From NCBI RefSeq assembly GCF_963921235.1, contig NC_086097.1, forward strand, positions 152,894,001-152,958,000: a stretch of 64,000 nt of DNA, in the 5' to 3' direction. Shown here piece after piece: positions 47,660 to 61,409 of this stretch (positions are counted from its first letter, which is position 1; each line of letters begins with the position of its first letter). Below the pieces are notes generated by a model. It was not told the DNA's origin, did no database searches, and was given only the letters and a program-made list of their open reading frames with translations. The position numbers were made by a program, and so were the translations under genes. This stretch comes from Mobula hypostoma. Its lineage: Eukaryota.

Positions 47660-48398
47660 AAAGTTCAAAGGTTCATTCATTATCAAAGCATACAACTCTG
47701 AAATTCTTCTTCTCCAGATAGCCATGAAACCAAGAAAGAAAAAAAAAGGCAATATGGTCATCATCCCCCAAATCCCATCTCACCACACAAAAAAGTGAAC
47801 AAAAATTGAACAAGTACATTAACCCCTCCTCCCCAAACAAAAGTAATTAACAAATGTATATGGCACATCAAGCTCAAAATCCAACCCCCACCTGTACAAA
47901 AACAAAGCAGGAACAACAAGGAGAAAAAGACTGCAATCAAGTCCACATCCAAAACACAGAAAACCTGGGCAACATTCTCCGGGCACAGTGGCAGGCTCTG
48001 CCCTCCCTGGTAGCATAGCAGAGCGATCCTCATTGGTCAAAAGGCAGGTAGTGGGCACTCACCTTCTCCATTTGCTTGATGTTTTAATCTCTCTTGTTGC
48101 TTTAATCAGCAAACAATGAAAGCTTTAATTGGTGAAATGGAGTCAAACTTCAGCTCATCGCCTGCCTGCCATGAGGTTCGCGCATGCTGCCTCTGCCTCC
48201 TGGAATCCCCTGAGAGACTGCAGAGCGCTGAAGCGCCCAAACAATCTCTAAACAGTAAATCGCAGACTCCAACTGTTCCAGAATCATATCCAAGATGAAA
48301 AACAAACATAAGACACTTAAAAAAAAGTGGAAAATATGGTTTCATCATCCAGAAGATGTCGGCCAAAGGAGCATTGCACGTAGGCATCATCTTGACAG
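47660..48398 (-). mobile_element. Short non-autonomous retroposon
   Basis: Minus strand starts CCTGTCAAGATG and ends ...GAACCTTTGAACTT; no coding motifs; tail similar to 37360-38071. Confidence 0.6.
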
Positions 48399-48924
48399 GT
48401 TTTGTGACTATATGTGTTTTCCTTCAGGGGTCTAGATTCTTACCTCATCCCAAGGATGCCACACTAGGTTATTTAGCTATCATAAATTGCCCCTAGGGAC
48501 TTAAGTGGAAAGAAAGTTAATGGAGAGTCGATAAGCAAGTGAAAGAGTGAAAGTGAAGAGATTACAGGGAAATAAAAGGTGAAATGGGATTGAAGAAATT
48601 GGTGAGAGTTGGCATAGACTGAATGACCTCCCAAAAATTCCTGTGTCAGGGAAAATATGGTTATATAGAAAATAAACATAACTTGATACAAAGATGCAGT
48701 TTCATAAACCTCTTCTGAGCCTTCATTGCAAACTCAGAAGAGACAAAGTAAGTTTTCTTATGATGGTAATATAATTCCAGTTCTGGGACGAGTGTTGATA
48801 TTGGTTTATTATTGTCACATGTGCCAAGATACAGGGAAAAGCTCATCTTGCATGCTGTTTGCAAAGATCAAATCATTATGCAGTGCATTGGGCCAGAATA
48901 AGGTTAAACAATTAGGCTTGTATG

Positions 48925-49212
48925 CAACATTTTGGACCAGTGGAAATGGTACAGAAGGGTTGTATGGAAACTATTATTACCATTTTTCTTAACAACTAAT
49001 TTCATTACTTAGCCTAATAGGTTAGATTTACCACAGTACATAACTATCTATTTAAATGTTTATTTTGCTTTTATATCATCTCAATGTGTACTTAAGAATG
49101 TATAAATAATTGTAGTTTTATACATATAAAAAAAGGAAAAGGTTATATGTGTGAAAAAAGTACATGATAATTGTGAACTCCTTATCCAAATAAAAATAAA
49201 ATTAAAAAAAAA
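48925..49212 (+). mobile_element. Probable LINE (L1-like) 3' end with poly(A)
   Basis: T-rich 3' UTR, AATAAA and an A-rich tail, interrupting a Rex1-like remnant. Confidence 0.45.
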
Positions 49213-49974
49213 ATGTGAAACCTACCAAAAAAGTGCAGTGCAGTCAAATGATAAAGTGCAAGATCCTAGTGAGGTAGATCGTGAGACCAAGAGCCCAAAC
49301 TCTCTTAAACGCAGAGAATTTAGACTGAAGTGCACAATGACTGTCAAAGATGTAATGAGTGTTTCTGTACGGAGCAGCTTGTAGCAAGTCACCATGCTCA
49401 GGAACCATCTTCAAAAAAATATCAAATATGTCAAATGTGTCTGTTCCACTGCTCATTTCCCTGCAATGTATAATGGTAGAGGTATCTTTGCTGAGATGGT
49501 TCACCATGTTAGACCATTAGCAATTGCTCAATCAATAGGAGTGTGTTTTATCCACATCCTGTGCGTACTTAAAATGATAGAGCACATCAAATAACTCAAT
49601 GATACTTAAATTCCAATAAGAGATTATAAGTACACACACTCCAACATAGCTACAAAGTTAGCAGCTATCTGACAATGTGGAACATTGCCCAGGTATTTCT
49701 AGTATACTCAACTCTCAACAAATTAAATTCAGCTACCAACCATCAGTATACTTTAGCTATCAGATATAGACTTCATCAATAGTGTTATCAAATAAAATAT
49801 ACTCACCAAAAACCCGCTCACCAATCTTCATTCTGGGATTTTACCAGGTCCCTAGCTCTAACCATCCTTGGCTACTTCATGAAAAACATTCCTTGCTGAT
49901 TATAGCCTATGTTCAGTTCCACTCAAAACTCTTCAGAAAGTAAAGATGTCCATTCCTGCATGTAAGTCCTGCAT

Positions 49975-50436
49975 GATGGCAGGACTTCCATATGATGAAA
50001 GACTGGATGAACTAGGCTTATACTCATTGTAATTTAGAAGATTGAGGGGGGATCTGATTGAAACGTATAAAATCCTAAAGGGATTGGACAAGCTAAATGC
50101 AGGAAGATTGCTCCCGATGCTGGGGAAGTCCAGAACGAGGGGTCACAGTTTGAGGATAAAGGGGAAGCCTTTTAGGACCGAGATTAGGAAAAACTTCTTC
50201 ACACAGAGAGTGGTGAATCTGTGGAATTCTCTGCCACAGGAAACAGTTGAGACCAGTTCATTGGCTATATTTAAGAGGAAGTTAGATATGGCCCTTGTGG
50301 CTAAAGGGATCAGGGGGTATTGAAGGAAGGCTGGTACAGGGTTCTGAGTTGGATGATCAGCCACGATCATATTGAATGGTGGTGCAGGCTCGAAGGGCTG
50401 AATAGCCTACTACTGCACCTATTTTCTATGTTTCTA
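49975..50436 (+). mobile_element. Young CR1 3' fragment (same subfamily as 33061-36066)
   Basis: Near-identical to the reverse complement of 33070-33530; TTTCTATGTTTCTAT tail. Confidence 0.92.
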
Positions 50437-52275
50437 TCAAGACTTTGTCAACTTTCATGCACATATGCCAGGTAATAATTATCTTCAATGACAGAGTGTC
50501 TAATGACTTAGCCATGAAAGTGCAAAGGCATTAGTATCACTGAATCCCCCACTACGAACAAGCTAGGGATTATCATAAACCAGAAACACAACAGAACCAG
50601 GCAATTATGATTCTATTCTGTTAGAAGTCTCTATACATCCTCCCCATGGAATGTGTAGGTTTTCCCCAGGTATGTTAATTGGTCATTGTAAGTTGTCCTG
50701 TAATTAGGTTAGGGTTAATCGAGGTTGTGGGGTTGCTGGGACAACATGTCTCAAAGGGCCAGAAGGGACTACTCCATACTGTATCGCTAAATAAATAAAT
50801 ATTAATACAACAAATAAAAGTACAGGGTAGAAACTGAGTATTATATAGTAATTAATTCATTTAATAACACTCTGGCTCGTTTTCATCACCTACAAAGCAT
50901 AACGTTAAGTATGTGGACGGCACTTAACTGGATGAGCGCAGCTCGAACATCACTGAAAAGGACTTGAATTGTCCAAAGAAAACAACTAACTTGACTGCTA
51001 CTCCATTCATCAAGCATTCATTGCCTACACCAGAGTACATCTATTAAGTGACCTGCAGTTTATTAACTTGTCTTCTTTCGTAGCACCTTCCAGACATGGG
51101 AGCTCCAGACTAGTACATGGATAGGAAAGGCTCAGATTGTTAATAGGCCCAATGCTGACTCATAGTATGAGCTTGGACAGCAAGCTTGGACAAACTGGGT
51201 TGAAACATTTGTTTTCCATGCCATTTAACTTCATGACTCTTATCATCAAAGACGATGGCAACAGAATATGCCAGCTAGAGAAGCATCTCCAGATCATGTA
51301 CCACCTTGACCTAGTGGTCCTTCAACTGCCGCTGAGTCCAAATCCAAGAACTCCTCACCCGTTAACAGTGTAGAACTAAAAGGAGCTGCAGCAATCCAAG
51401 AAGTTATCTCACTGTCATTTTCTTAAGGGCAATTAGTGTAGACAACAAATTATACCCTTACTAGGAACGCCAATATCTTATTAATGAACAATAAAAACAG
51501 AGAGAAAGAAATTAAGCATGAGATCCAGTTGAGATGAATAGCAATAGAAGATGGTGTTGACAGAAAGGCTGCAATAAAGAGAGCACAAAGATATTTAGAG
51601 AAAGACAAGCAGAGACAGCTCCAAGAATAGAGAGACCATCTTTATTCGGGTTTGTAGGCAACACCTTGGACAAGATCGACTGAGCTATATATAAAAATGT
51701 ATTTGCTGCACACAAACTCAAATCCAATAAAAAAAACCTTTAGAGAGTATCACGAGCTGCTAGATTCTGTGTGTGAAACACTCAGGCAGGTAATTTTCAA
51801 AAGAAAAAAAATATTTCTCTGTTCTATTTCTCTTTGAGGTGTGACATGCTGCCCTTTAGCTGCTGATGGGATGAGGTTATTTTCCACTCCACTGAGAAAA
51901 ACAATCCCATTAAAAAGCACGGCTGTTGCATTTACAGCAGCCTGTACTGTTGAGGTAGGTTTATTGCCAGGTATTTCACTATCTGCCTGACTGAAACTAA
52001 GTGCTTGTGACAGAAGTCAGGCAGGGCTCACCATGCAGTGGAAAAGTAAGGTTAAGGTTATCAAGAGACACAAGGAGCAGCACCTCAATCACACTAACTT
52101 GATAGGTCACTTTCTATCACCCTTTCCACTTGGACCAACTTGGGTTCATCTGATCTCATGAAACAAATTGTTATTTTGTAATATAACATTAGAAGAACTG
52201 GGTTAATATTTGGGAGAAATGAAATATTCCCAGAACACCCCTAAGTGATATCTTGCATGTTTCTCTTTAAAGAGA

Positions 52276-53680
52276 AGATACTTCAGTGGTTGGTAAATTG
52301 ATGGAGATACTTCAGTGATTTGTAAGTTGATGGAGATAATTCAGTGATTGGTATATTGATGAAGAAGATCCTGAGAGGCAGGATTTATGAACATTTGGAG
52401 AGGCATAATATGATTAGGAATAATCAGCATGGCTTTGCCAAAAGCAGGTCGCACCTTACAAGCCTGATTGAATTTTTTGACAATGTGACTAAACACATTG
52501 ATGAAGGTAGAGCAGTAGATGTAGTATATATGGATTTCAGCAAGGCATTTGATAAGGTACCCCATGCAAGGCTTATTGAGAAAGTAAGGAGGCATGGGAT
52601 CCAAGGGGACGTAGCTTTGTGGATCCAGAACTGGCTTGCCCACAGAAGGCAAAAAGTGGTTGTAGAGTTGTAGACAGGTCATATTTTGCGTGGAGGTTGG
52701 TGACCAGTGGTGTGCCTCAGGGATCTGTTCTGGGACCCCCACTCTTCATGATTTTTATTAATGACCTGATTGAGGAAGTGGAGGGATGGGTTAGTAAATT
52801 TGCTGATGACACAAAGGTTGGAGATGTTGTGGATAGTGTGGAGGGCTGTCAGAGGTTACAGCAAGACATCAATAGGATGCAAAACCGGGCTGAGAAGTGG
52901 CTGATGGAGTTCAATCCAGATAAGTGTGAAGTGGTTCATTTTGATAGGTCAAATATGATGGCAGAATATAGTATTAATGGTAAGACTCTGGGCAGTGTAG
53001 AAGATTAGAGGAATCTTGGGTTCGAGTCCATAGGACACTCAAAGATGCTGCGCAGGTTGACTATGTGATTAAGCAGGCATATGGTGCATTGGCCTTAATC
53101 AATTGTGGGATTGAATTTAGGAGCTGGGAGGTAATGTTACAGCTATATAGGACCCTGGTCAGACCCCACTTTAAGTACTGTTCACAGTTCTGGTCACCTC
53201 ATTACAGGAAGGACGTGGAAACCATAGAAATGTGCAGAGGAGATTTACAAGGATGTTGCCTGGATTGGGGGGCATGCCTTATGAGAATAGGTTGAGTGAA
53301 CGTGGCCTTTTCTCCTTGGAGCGACGGAGGATGAGAGGTGACCTGATAGAGATGTATAAGATTTACACGATCAATGGTCAGAGGCTTTTTCCCAGGGCTG
53401 AAATGCCTAACATGAAAGGACACAGTTTTAAGGTGCTTGGAAGTAGGTACAGTGGAGATGTCAGGGGTAAGTTTTTTACGCAGAGAGTGGTGAGTACACG
53501 GAATGGGCTGCCGGTAGTGGTGGTGGATGCGGATACGATAGGGTCTTTTAAGAGACTCCTGAATAGGTAAAAGGAGGGCTCTGGGTAACCCTTGGTAATT
53601 TCTAAAGCAAGGACATGTTAGGCACAGCTTTGTGGGCCGAAAGGCCTATATTGAGCTGTAGGTTTTCTATGTTTCTATGT
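52276..53680 (+). mobile_element. 5'-truncated CR1 LINE (RT region), second subfamily
   Basis: QHGFAK, YMDFSKAFDKVPH, GVPQGSVLGP, KFADDTK; TTCTATGTTTCTATGT tail. Confidence 0.92.
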
Positions 53681-54439
53681 CCAGGGACTCCAGCCACCTC
53701 TGGTTGTTATTGAGTACTTTGTGGAGCACTTTTTGCAGCTGACTCTGAAATATTAATGAAGGAGATGGTATGTGCAGGAAACTTCTGCTAAGAACCTTGG
53801 AAACATCAAAGGCAGAAATGACACAGCAGCACTTGGAGGAAACAGGAAGGATCTTTAAAATGAGCAATAGTATGATGCCAGTGTTGCAGTGCATGCTTGA
53901 CCACCCAGGAATGGAATGGTTAAGGTCAGAGTGATAAGTCTCTACAAATTAGCATGTCAGTAATACCCCTTTCTCTTTACTTAGAGAAGAAATTGTTTCC
54001 TGCTGCTCAGTAAGATATTATGCTAATATTTAGACAGCAGTGACCCCCAAAATGGAAAATGTGGTCCTATACCACCTTCCACCACCTGCAAAAAATCCGG
54101 AGTGACAGTGATCTTCACCTCTGCAGGAGGCGTTGCTGATGCACAAACAAATGGCTGGAGTTTTATCTACTGAAAGTGACAGAGCTCTGCCACTATTTCC
54201 TTTTACATCCTCAAAATCTCAGAAACCCATCACCAGAAGAGTTGTAAATGTTGAAGAGTCCCACCACCACCCTTTAAAGTCTGTGTAATATAGTTAACTC
54301 TTGCCAGCAATATCAAGTTAACGAATCAAAAGTATGAGATGAATTAGCTCTGGATTGCTTCTTGGGTATTTGAAATAAAAGGAGAGAAACTCAAAATCTA
54401 CGTCCGGAATAAACCATCCTAACGAGAGCTGATTTTTAT

Positions 54440-54705
54440 TTTAGTTTATTTCATGATACAGTATGAAGCAGGCCCTCCCAGCCTTGCTCAGAAACCCCGA
54501 CATGCCCGGTTTAACCCTGACCTAATGGAGGGACTATTTACAATGACAAATTAACCTACCCGGTACGTCTTTAGACTATGGGAGGAAACTGGAGGACTTG
54601 GAGAAAACCCATGCGTTCCATGGGGAGGATATGCAGAGACTCCTTAGAGTGGATGCTGGGATTGAACTCTGACCTCCGACACCCCGAGATGTAATAGTGT
54701 TGTAC
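54440..54705 (-). mobile_element. SINE
   Basis: Reverse complement of the SINE family at 56210-56500. Confidence 0.65.
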
Positions 54706-55809
54706 CTTCGGCCTTCTTTATCAATTTGGTTTTGTCTTCATACATGGTCCACCTCTTCTTGGCAGGGCTGAATGGTCAAAGAAACCAGTACTGAAGCACC
54801 CATAATAACTAGAAATAGAAGGCTACCATGACCTTAGAAGTCACACTGCCATCCTTTCCCTGCCTCAATAGGACAAACCAACCCAGAACACTGTGCAAGT
54901 GCTTTCTAAACATCCACATTCCCCTGAGTACCCCCATACTGATTTTTTGTTTCTAAGTATCTGCCCAGGAGGATCATAATTTATTCTCCACCAATTAAAA
55001 TATTTCCCTTTACCATCTGCTCTGATCTCTCACCAAGACTATGGTAAAGATCAAGAAGTTGTGGGAATTGAGCAAATAACAATCATAATCTGTTGTTGTA
55101 TTAGAATTGGTTTTACAATAACTGGGTCTGTGATTCATTTTTATGCTTTCACAAGTGAATATTTAAAATTATCTCATCAATACTGCTGTAATTCAACAGA
55201 AGTAAATCAACTCCATAGACATGAAGAATGGACAATCAACTATCCTGCTTCTTTGCTCCAGAGGCACTGATTCTATTTGTGACATTAGGATAGAAAGAAT
55301 GAATTCACAATGTGAAGGTTTGCATGGCATGGCTAATGATAAAATTTAAGAGTAGCAATTCTAATGTATAACCACAAATCTCATAGGTAATACATAAAAA
55401 GTATAAAATTTCACTGTAGCCTGCTATAAAACGGAACCTAATATCATTGAGTGCAATCATGTGACACAACAACACTTAATTTTTAAAGAAAAAAGTTCAA
55501 TTGCTGTCCATTTGAAACTGAGTTTTTATTTGTACAATAAAGTTATTGATAAACTTTAGCTTTAAAAGCAAATGAAGGAGTTGGAAATGATTCAATCTCT
55601 TGACATTATCAGTACAAGAAGTGACCTTCTTGCATCTCAGCTCATCTCTGACTTCCATTCCCGTGCATTATAACTGAAAACCAGAGAGGAGCTGGATGTC
55701 AGGTGTCAGCTTATCCGATCTCCCACTCGAGAGTCCAGCTCTTGTGTTAAGCAACAATACGTCCTTCACGTGTGATACCTCAGCCTTTACACAAATATAG
55801 CAACCAGAC

Positions 55810-56045
55810 AGAGGGTGGTGAAGCTGTGGAATTCATTGCAACAGATGGCTGTGGAGGCCAAAGATTTGGGGATATTTAAAGTGGAAGGTGAAAGATTCTT
55901 GCTTATTAAGGATGTCGAAGGTTATGGGGAGAAGGCCGGAAGACAAGGTTAAGAGGGATAATAAATTGGCCATGATGGAGTGGTGGAGCAGACTCGATGG
56001 GCTGAATGCCCTAAGTGTGCTCCTATGTCTTACGATCTTATATTC
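55810..56045 (+). mobile_element. CR1 3' fragment
   Basis: RVVKLWNSL motif and CTCCTATGTCTTA tail. Confidence 0.75.
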
Positions 56046-56209
56046 CTGAGTTTTCATGCATTTGAATAGTGTAACAAAACTGGATTAATATGGTAAATCC
56101 AGGCAACTGATTTGTTTTTATACTTTATTTTTATATTTTTCACTAATTCCATTAACATATTATTCAGTAAATTCATTATATTTATTACTTAAATGATTGA
56201 ACTGTTCCT

Positions 56210-56500
56210 GGGTGCCACTGTAGTGTAGTGACTAGCGCAAAATTATAACAGGTCAGCACGTCGAAGTTCGGAGTCAGAACCCAGGGTCCTATGTGAGAAG
56301 TCTCTGTACGTCCTTCCCATGGAATACATGAGTTTTTCCAGATCAGCAGTTCAGTGACGCGCCGGGTGGGTTAATAAGTCATTATAAATTGTCCTTTGAT
56401 TGGGTTGGGGTTAAATTGGGGTTGACAGGGTAGCTGAGTGGTGTGACTCGAAGAGCCAGCAGCACCTTTTCTGTGCTCTCTCCCCTAAGTAAATAAATAT
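56210..56500 (+). mobile_element. tRNA-derived SINE
   Basis: tRNA-like head with A-box-like GTAGTGTAGTG and B-box-like GTTCGGAGTC; conserved body; AATAAAT tail. Confidence 0.6.
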
Positions 56501-56504
56501 AATA

Positions 56505-59500
56505 AGGAGCCCAAAACTGGTCTCACTACTCCAAGTGTGGTTTGGCCAATGCCTTGTAGAGCCTCAGCACTACATCCTTGCTTTTATATTCTATTCCTTT
56601 CAAAATGAATGCTAATATTGCATTTGCCTTCCTTACCACTGACTCAATCTGCAAGTTAAACTTTAGGGAATCCTTCATAACGTCTCCTAAATATCTTCGC
56701 ACCTCTGTTTTTTGAATTTTTTCCCCATTTATAAAATAGTTTTCGCATTTATTCCTTCAACCAAAGTGCATGACCATACACTTCCCAACATTATATTCCA
56801 TCTGCCACTTCTTTGCCCTTTTTCCTAATCTGCTGAAGCCTTTCTGCAGACTCCGTGCTTCCTCAACAATACGTGCCTCTCCACCTAGCTTCATATCATC
56901 TGTAAATTCAGCCACAAATCAGTCATCCCAGTCATCTACAGATAACATGAAAAGAAGCAATCCCAACATTGGTCCCTGCAGAACACCACTAGCTACCGGC
57001 AGCCAACCAGAAAATTCTTTGCCTCCTGCCAGCCAACCAATGTTCTATCCATTCTTGTAACTCACATGTAATACAATGGGATCTTATCTTGTAAAGTAAT
57101 CTCATGTGCAACACTCCACTAAAGGCCTTCTGAAACTCCAAATGACAACATCCAGTGCAGCACACACAAAAATGCCTCCTTATAGAATACTTCATTTTTC
57201 TGATGTATCTATTCTGCGCCTTCCATATTACTCCAAGAAGATCCTGCCATTGGTGTTCTGTCATCATCTCTGCTAGCTTTGGCCAAATCCTCTTTTATGC
57301 CTCTGTAATTCCCTTTTGTCCACTGTAATACTGATACATTTCTTTTTATCTTCTCCCTCTCAAACTACAGGGAGTTGGTTTCTCTAGGAAGAGGTACAGT
57401 CGACGTTTTGGGCTGGGACCTTTCGTCAGGACTAACTGAAAGAAGAGCTAGTAAGACATTTGAAAGATGAAGCCACACTCTGGTTGGAGGAAAAACACCT
57501 TATATTTCGTCTGGGTAGCCTCCAACCTGATGGCATGAACATTGACTTCTCAAATTTCCGCTAATGCCCCACCTCCCACTTGTACCCCATCCATTATTTA
57601 TTTATTTATATATATACACACATCCTTTTTCTCTCTCTCCTTTTTCTCCCTCTGTCCCTCTCACTATACCCCTTGCCCATCCTCTGGGCTTCCCCCCTCC
57701 CCCTTTTCTTTCCCCCTAGGCCTTCTGTCCCATGATCCTCTCATATCCCTTTTGCCAATCAACTGTCCAGCTCTTGGCTCCATCCCTCCCCCTCCTGTCT
57801 TCTCCTATCATTTCGGATCTCCCCCTCCCCCTCCCACTTTCAAATCTCTTACTGGCTCTTCTTTCAGTTAGTCCTGATGAAGGGTCTCGGCCCAAAACGT
57901 CAACTGTACCTCTTCCTAGAGACGCTGCCTGGCCTGCTGCGTTCACCAGCAACTTTTGTGTGTGTTGCTTGAAATTCCAGCATCTGCAGATTTCCTCATG
58001 TGTGGGAGTTGGTTTCTGGTGTTTTTTAAAATCTTCCCAATTCTCTAGCTTCACACAATTTTTTTTTACATATTGTATAGCCTCTCATTTGATTTTATGC
58101 CTTGACTTCCAATATTAACTGATACATCCTGCTTTAGCTTCTCCCACTCAAATTTCATGTTGAATTCTATAATAAAATGATCGCTGTCTCCTCAGAGTAC
58201 CTTTACATTAAGCTCCCTAATCAAATCTGGCTCACTACACAAAACCCAATCCAGAATTGCCTTTCCACTAGTGGGGCCAACCATAAGATGTTCTAAAAAG
58301 CCATCTTGTAGACATTGTAGAACTTCGTCTCTTGGGTTCCAGCACCAAACTGATTTTCCCGGTCTACCTGTATATTGAAATCCCCACTTATTATCATAAC
58401 ATTGCCCTTTTTACATGCCCTTTCTATCTCACGTTGTAATTTGTATTTTACATCCTGGCAACTTGAGAGGCTTGTATATAAGTCCCATCACGGCTGTTTT
58501 AAACCTACAGTTTTTTAACTCTGCTGACAAGGATTTCATATCTTCCGATCCTGTCATCTCACTCTAATGATTTGATTTCATTTTTTGCCAACACAGCCAC
58601 ACACTCTCGGCCTACCTACCTGTCCTTTTAATACAAAGTGCATCCCTGGGTTTTAGGCTCCCAACTATGATCTTCATTCAGCTATGACTCGGTGATATCT
58701 GCCAATCTCTAACTGCAATACAAGATTATCTCCCTTATTGAATATACTGCATGCAATCAAATATAATACCTTTACCCTTTTCAATTTTTCCCCATGTTAC
58801 ACTTCAATTCATCCCACTGACTGCAATTTTACCCTATCATCTCCCTGTCCTTCCTTAATCTCACTACACATTGCATCTACTTATACACCAACAGGCCCAT
58901 CCTCAGCCCAATCAAACTGCTTCCCTCTCCACTGCCAAGTTAGTTTAAACCCTCCCCAACAGCTATAGAAAACATACCCCCCAATGATATTGTTTTCCCT
59001 GGGACTCAGCTGTAACCCATCATTTCTTTTAACTGGTCATACCTTCCCCAGAAGAAATCCCAATGATCCTGTCCGCTGCACTGACTCCTCAGCTACACAT
59101 TCAGCTGCAAAGTCATCCTGTTCTTACCCTTACTGATGTGTGGCACAGGCAGAAATTCAGAGATTTCTACCCCGGAGGTCCTTCATTTTGCCTTTCTACC
59201 TAACTCACTATATTCTCTCTTTATGAGCTCTTCCTATTTGCTACCTTTCTCTTTGGTACCAATATGTACCAGGACTACTGGCTGCTTACTCTCCCCTTTG
59301 AGAATACTGTAGACCTAATTCAAGATATTGCTGAACTTGGCATCTGAGAAGCAACATATCATCCGTGTGTCTCTATCGTGGCCATAGAATCTCCTGCCTA
59401 CTCCTCTAACTATGAAATCCCCTATCGTTACTGCACTCCCCTTCCCTTCTGAACTACAGGCCCAGAGAACCAGTTGCTGCATGACCTAGAAGGCCATGGC

Positions 59501-59660
59501 CCTAGGGAGGGGGGAATGTCGACTCAGACCATGCGAGGCCTGCATCGGGCATTTTCATGCCTTACAAGGCGCAGATTGGAAGTCTGTGTGGGGCGCCACT
59601 CCTCGCACAGACTAGAGCAATGCCCCTAACTGTATCCAAAGTGATATGTGTATTATTGAA
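56505..59660 (-). mobile_element. Degenerate CR1 LINE with internal deletions
   Basis: Minus-strand remnants of RT, endonuclease and ORF1 esterase; interrupted by the Penelope insertion at 57384-58003. Confidence 0.8.
57384..58003. mobile_element. Short inverted Penelope-like insertion
   Basis: Minus piece ~57384-57465 plus plus-strand 3' end ~57463-58003; perfect 14-bp TSD GGGAGTTGGTTTCT (57370-57383, 58004-58017); hammerhead-like motifs near 57398-57434 (-) and 57870-57905 (+). Confidence 0.9.
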
Positions 59661-59682
59661 GGGAACAGCCAGAGGGGTACCT

Positions 59683-60270
59683 CCTCTACTGTTGAGATGA
59701 GGCCACACTCACGTTGGAAAGCAACATCTTATATCCCATCTGGATAGCTCCAACCTGATGGCATGAACATCAATTTCTCGAACTTCTGGTAATTCCCCCC
59801 TTCTCTATTCCCCATCCCCTTTTTCCTTTCTCACCATATCTCCTTGCCTGCCCATCAATTCCCTCTGGTGCTCCTCCCCCTTTTTCTTTCTTCCATGGCC
59901 GTCTGTCATTTCCTATTAGCTTCCCCCTTCTTCAGCCCTGTATCTCTTTCACCAATCAACTTCCCAACTCTTTACTTCAGCCTTCCCCTCTCCCGGTTTT
60001 ACCTATCACCTTGTGTTTCTGCCTCCCCTCCCTTCTATCTCTGACTCCTCATTACAAACAAGGGAAAATCTGCAGATGCTGGAAATCCAAGCAACAAACA
60101 CAAAATGCTGGAGGAACTCAGCGGGCCAGGTGGCATCTAGGAAAAGAGGACGGAATGAAATCCCTCTTCATCTTTTTTTCTCCAGTCCTGCTGAAGGCTC
60201 TCGGCGTGAAACATCAACTGTACTCCTTTCCACAGATGCTGCCTGGCAGTCTGTGTTCCTCCAGGGTGTG
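59683..60270 (+). mobile_element. Penelope 3' fragment with an inverted Penelope terminus inside (~60055-60148)
   Basis: QPDGMNINFSNF ORF end, pyrimidine-rich UTR, degenerate hammerhead near 60184-60220. Confidence 0.8.
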
Positions 60271-60664
60271 TTACTTCAATAAAATCCAATAAAACATTTG
60301 ACTAGTTAAAGAAAAACCTTTAGGCTAGTTATAGAAAATTCAAAATGATTTTCCTGCTGTAACTAGTAAATCTGCAAGTCTGCTAATTGTAGAAGTTGTG
60401 GTATAACACGACTGATTTGTTAACATTTCAGATGCCTAGTAGATTTATGAACACTATCTAGTAATTATATGTTGGTATGATTTGTTGACTCTTAAATCAA
60501 GATTCAATGAATGAACAGCATCTAGAATTATAGTGTCAAATGTAATTATTCAACAGCCTTTCTGCTATGGTACTGTCTGCACTGAACCTCATTCAACAGT
60601 TCACAAATAATAATATCTCTCTCTGTTAAGGCTATGTTGTGAAATGGAGAAGATATCCACCAAA

Positions 60665-60900
60665 CACAGTGGCAGCACTCTTGCCTCTTTGTAGGCCTCA
60701 TGCCAGAGACCTGAATATAGAATGAATAGGATCTAGACTGAATCCTGAGCACAGTACAGAGGGAGTGTCTACTGTTTTGTTAAATAGAACTCTGTCTACC
60801 TCCTGAGACATTACTTTGAAGAAGAAGTAGGTTTTTTTCTCCTGAGTCTTAGACAATATTTCTTTGTCACTCAATGCTTTATAAATAGATTACCTGATTG
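60665..60900 (+). mobile_element. Ancient DeuSINE (AmnSINE1/SacSINE1-like) remnant
   Basis: CAGTACAGAGGGAGTG...TTTGAAGAAGAAGTAGG...TCCTGAGTCTTAGACAATATTT resembles the Deu-domain as I recall it. Confidence 0.5.
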
Positions 60901-61409
60901 AAAAAAAATATAAAATTTAAACACTTCCATAATAGCAAAGTTTAAACCATGGAAGGGTTTAATAGGGAAGACTTTGGGAAAGTATTTCTAGTATTAGGAG
61001 GGAATGAAATTTGTCATAAGTATACGATAATTATGAATACATACAATAGGAAATTAATAAGATTCTTCCTTACCCAGAGAGAGGTAAGAATGTGAAATTC
61101 ACTACCTCAAGAAATCATTATCCCATGCATTCATGATTTAGATTTAAATTAAAAACCATGATAAACAAATCAATGACAATATGAAAATTAGTGTTATCAT
61201 TGACAAAGAAGAAAGCTTTAGCTCAAAGAAAGTTATAGACAGCCTGATCTGTTGAGTAGCAAAATGGCAAATGATGTACAATGTGACCAACAACCTGAAG
61301 TATTCAAAGACGTCTTCAACAACCCATTGCTGCAGTCTGAACTTCCCCCTGCTTCAAAAGGGCATCAATTATACAGGTGCCCACAAAGATAAGAATAGGA
61401 AGAATTGGA

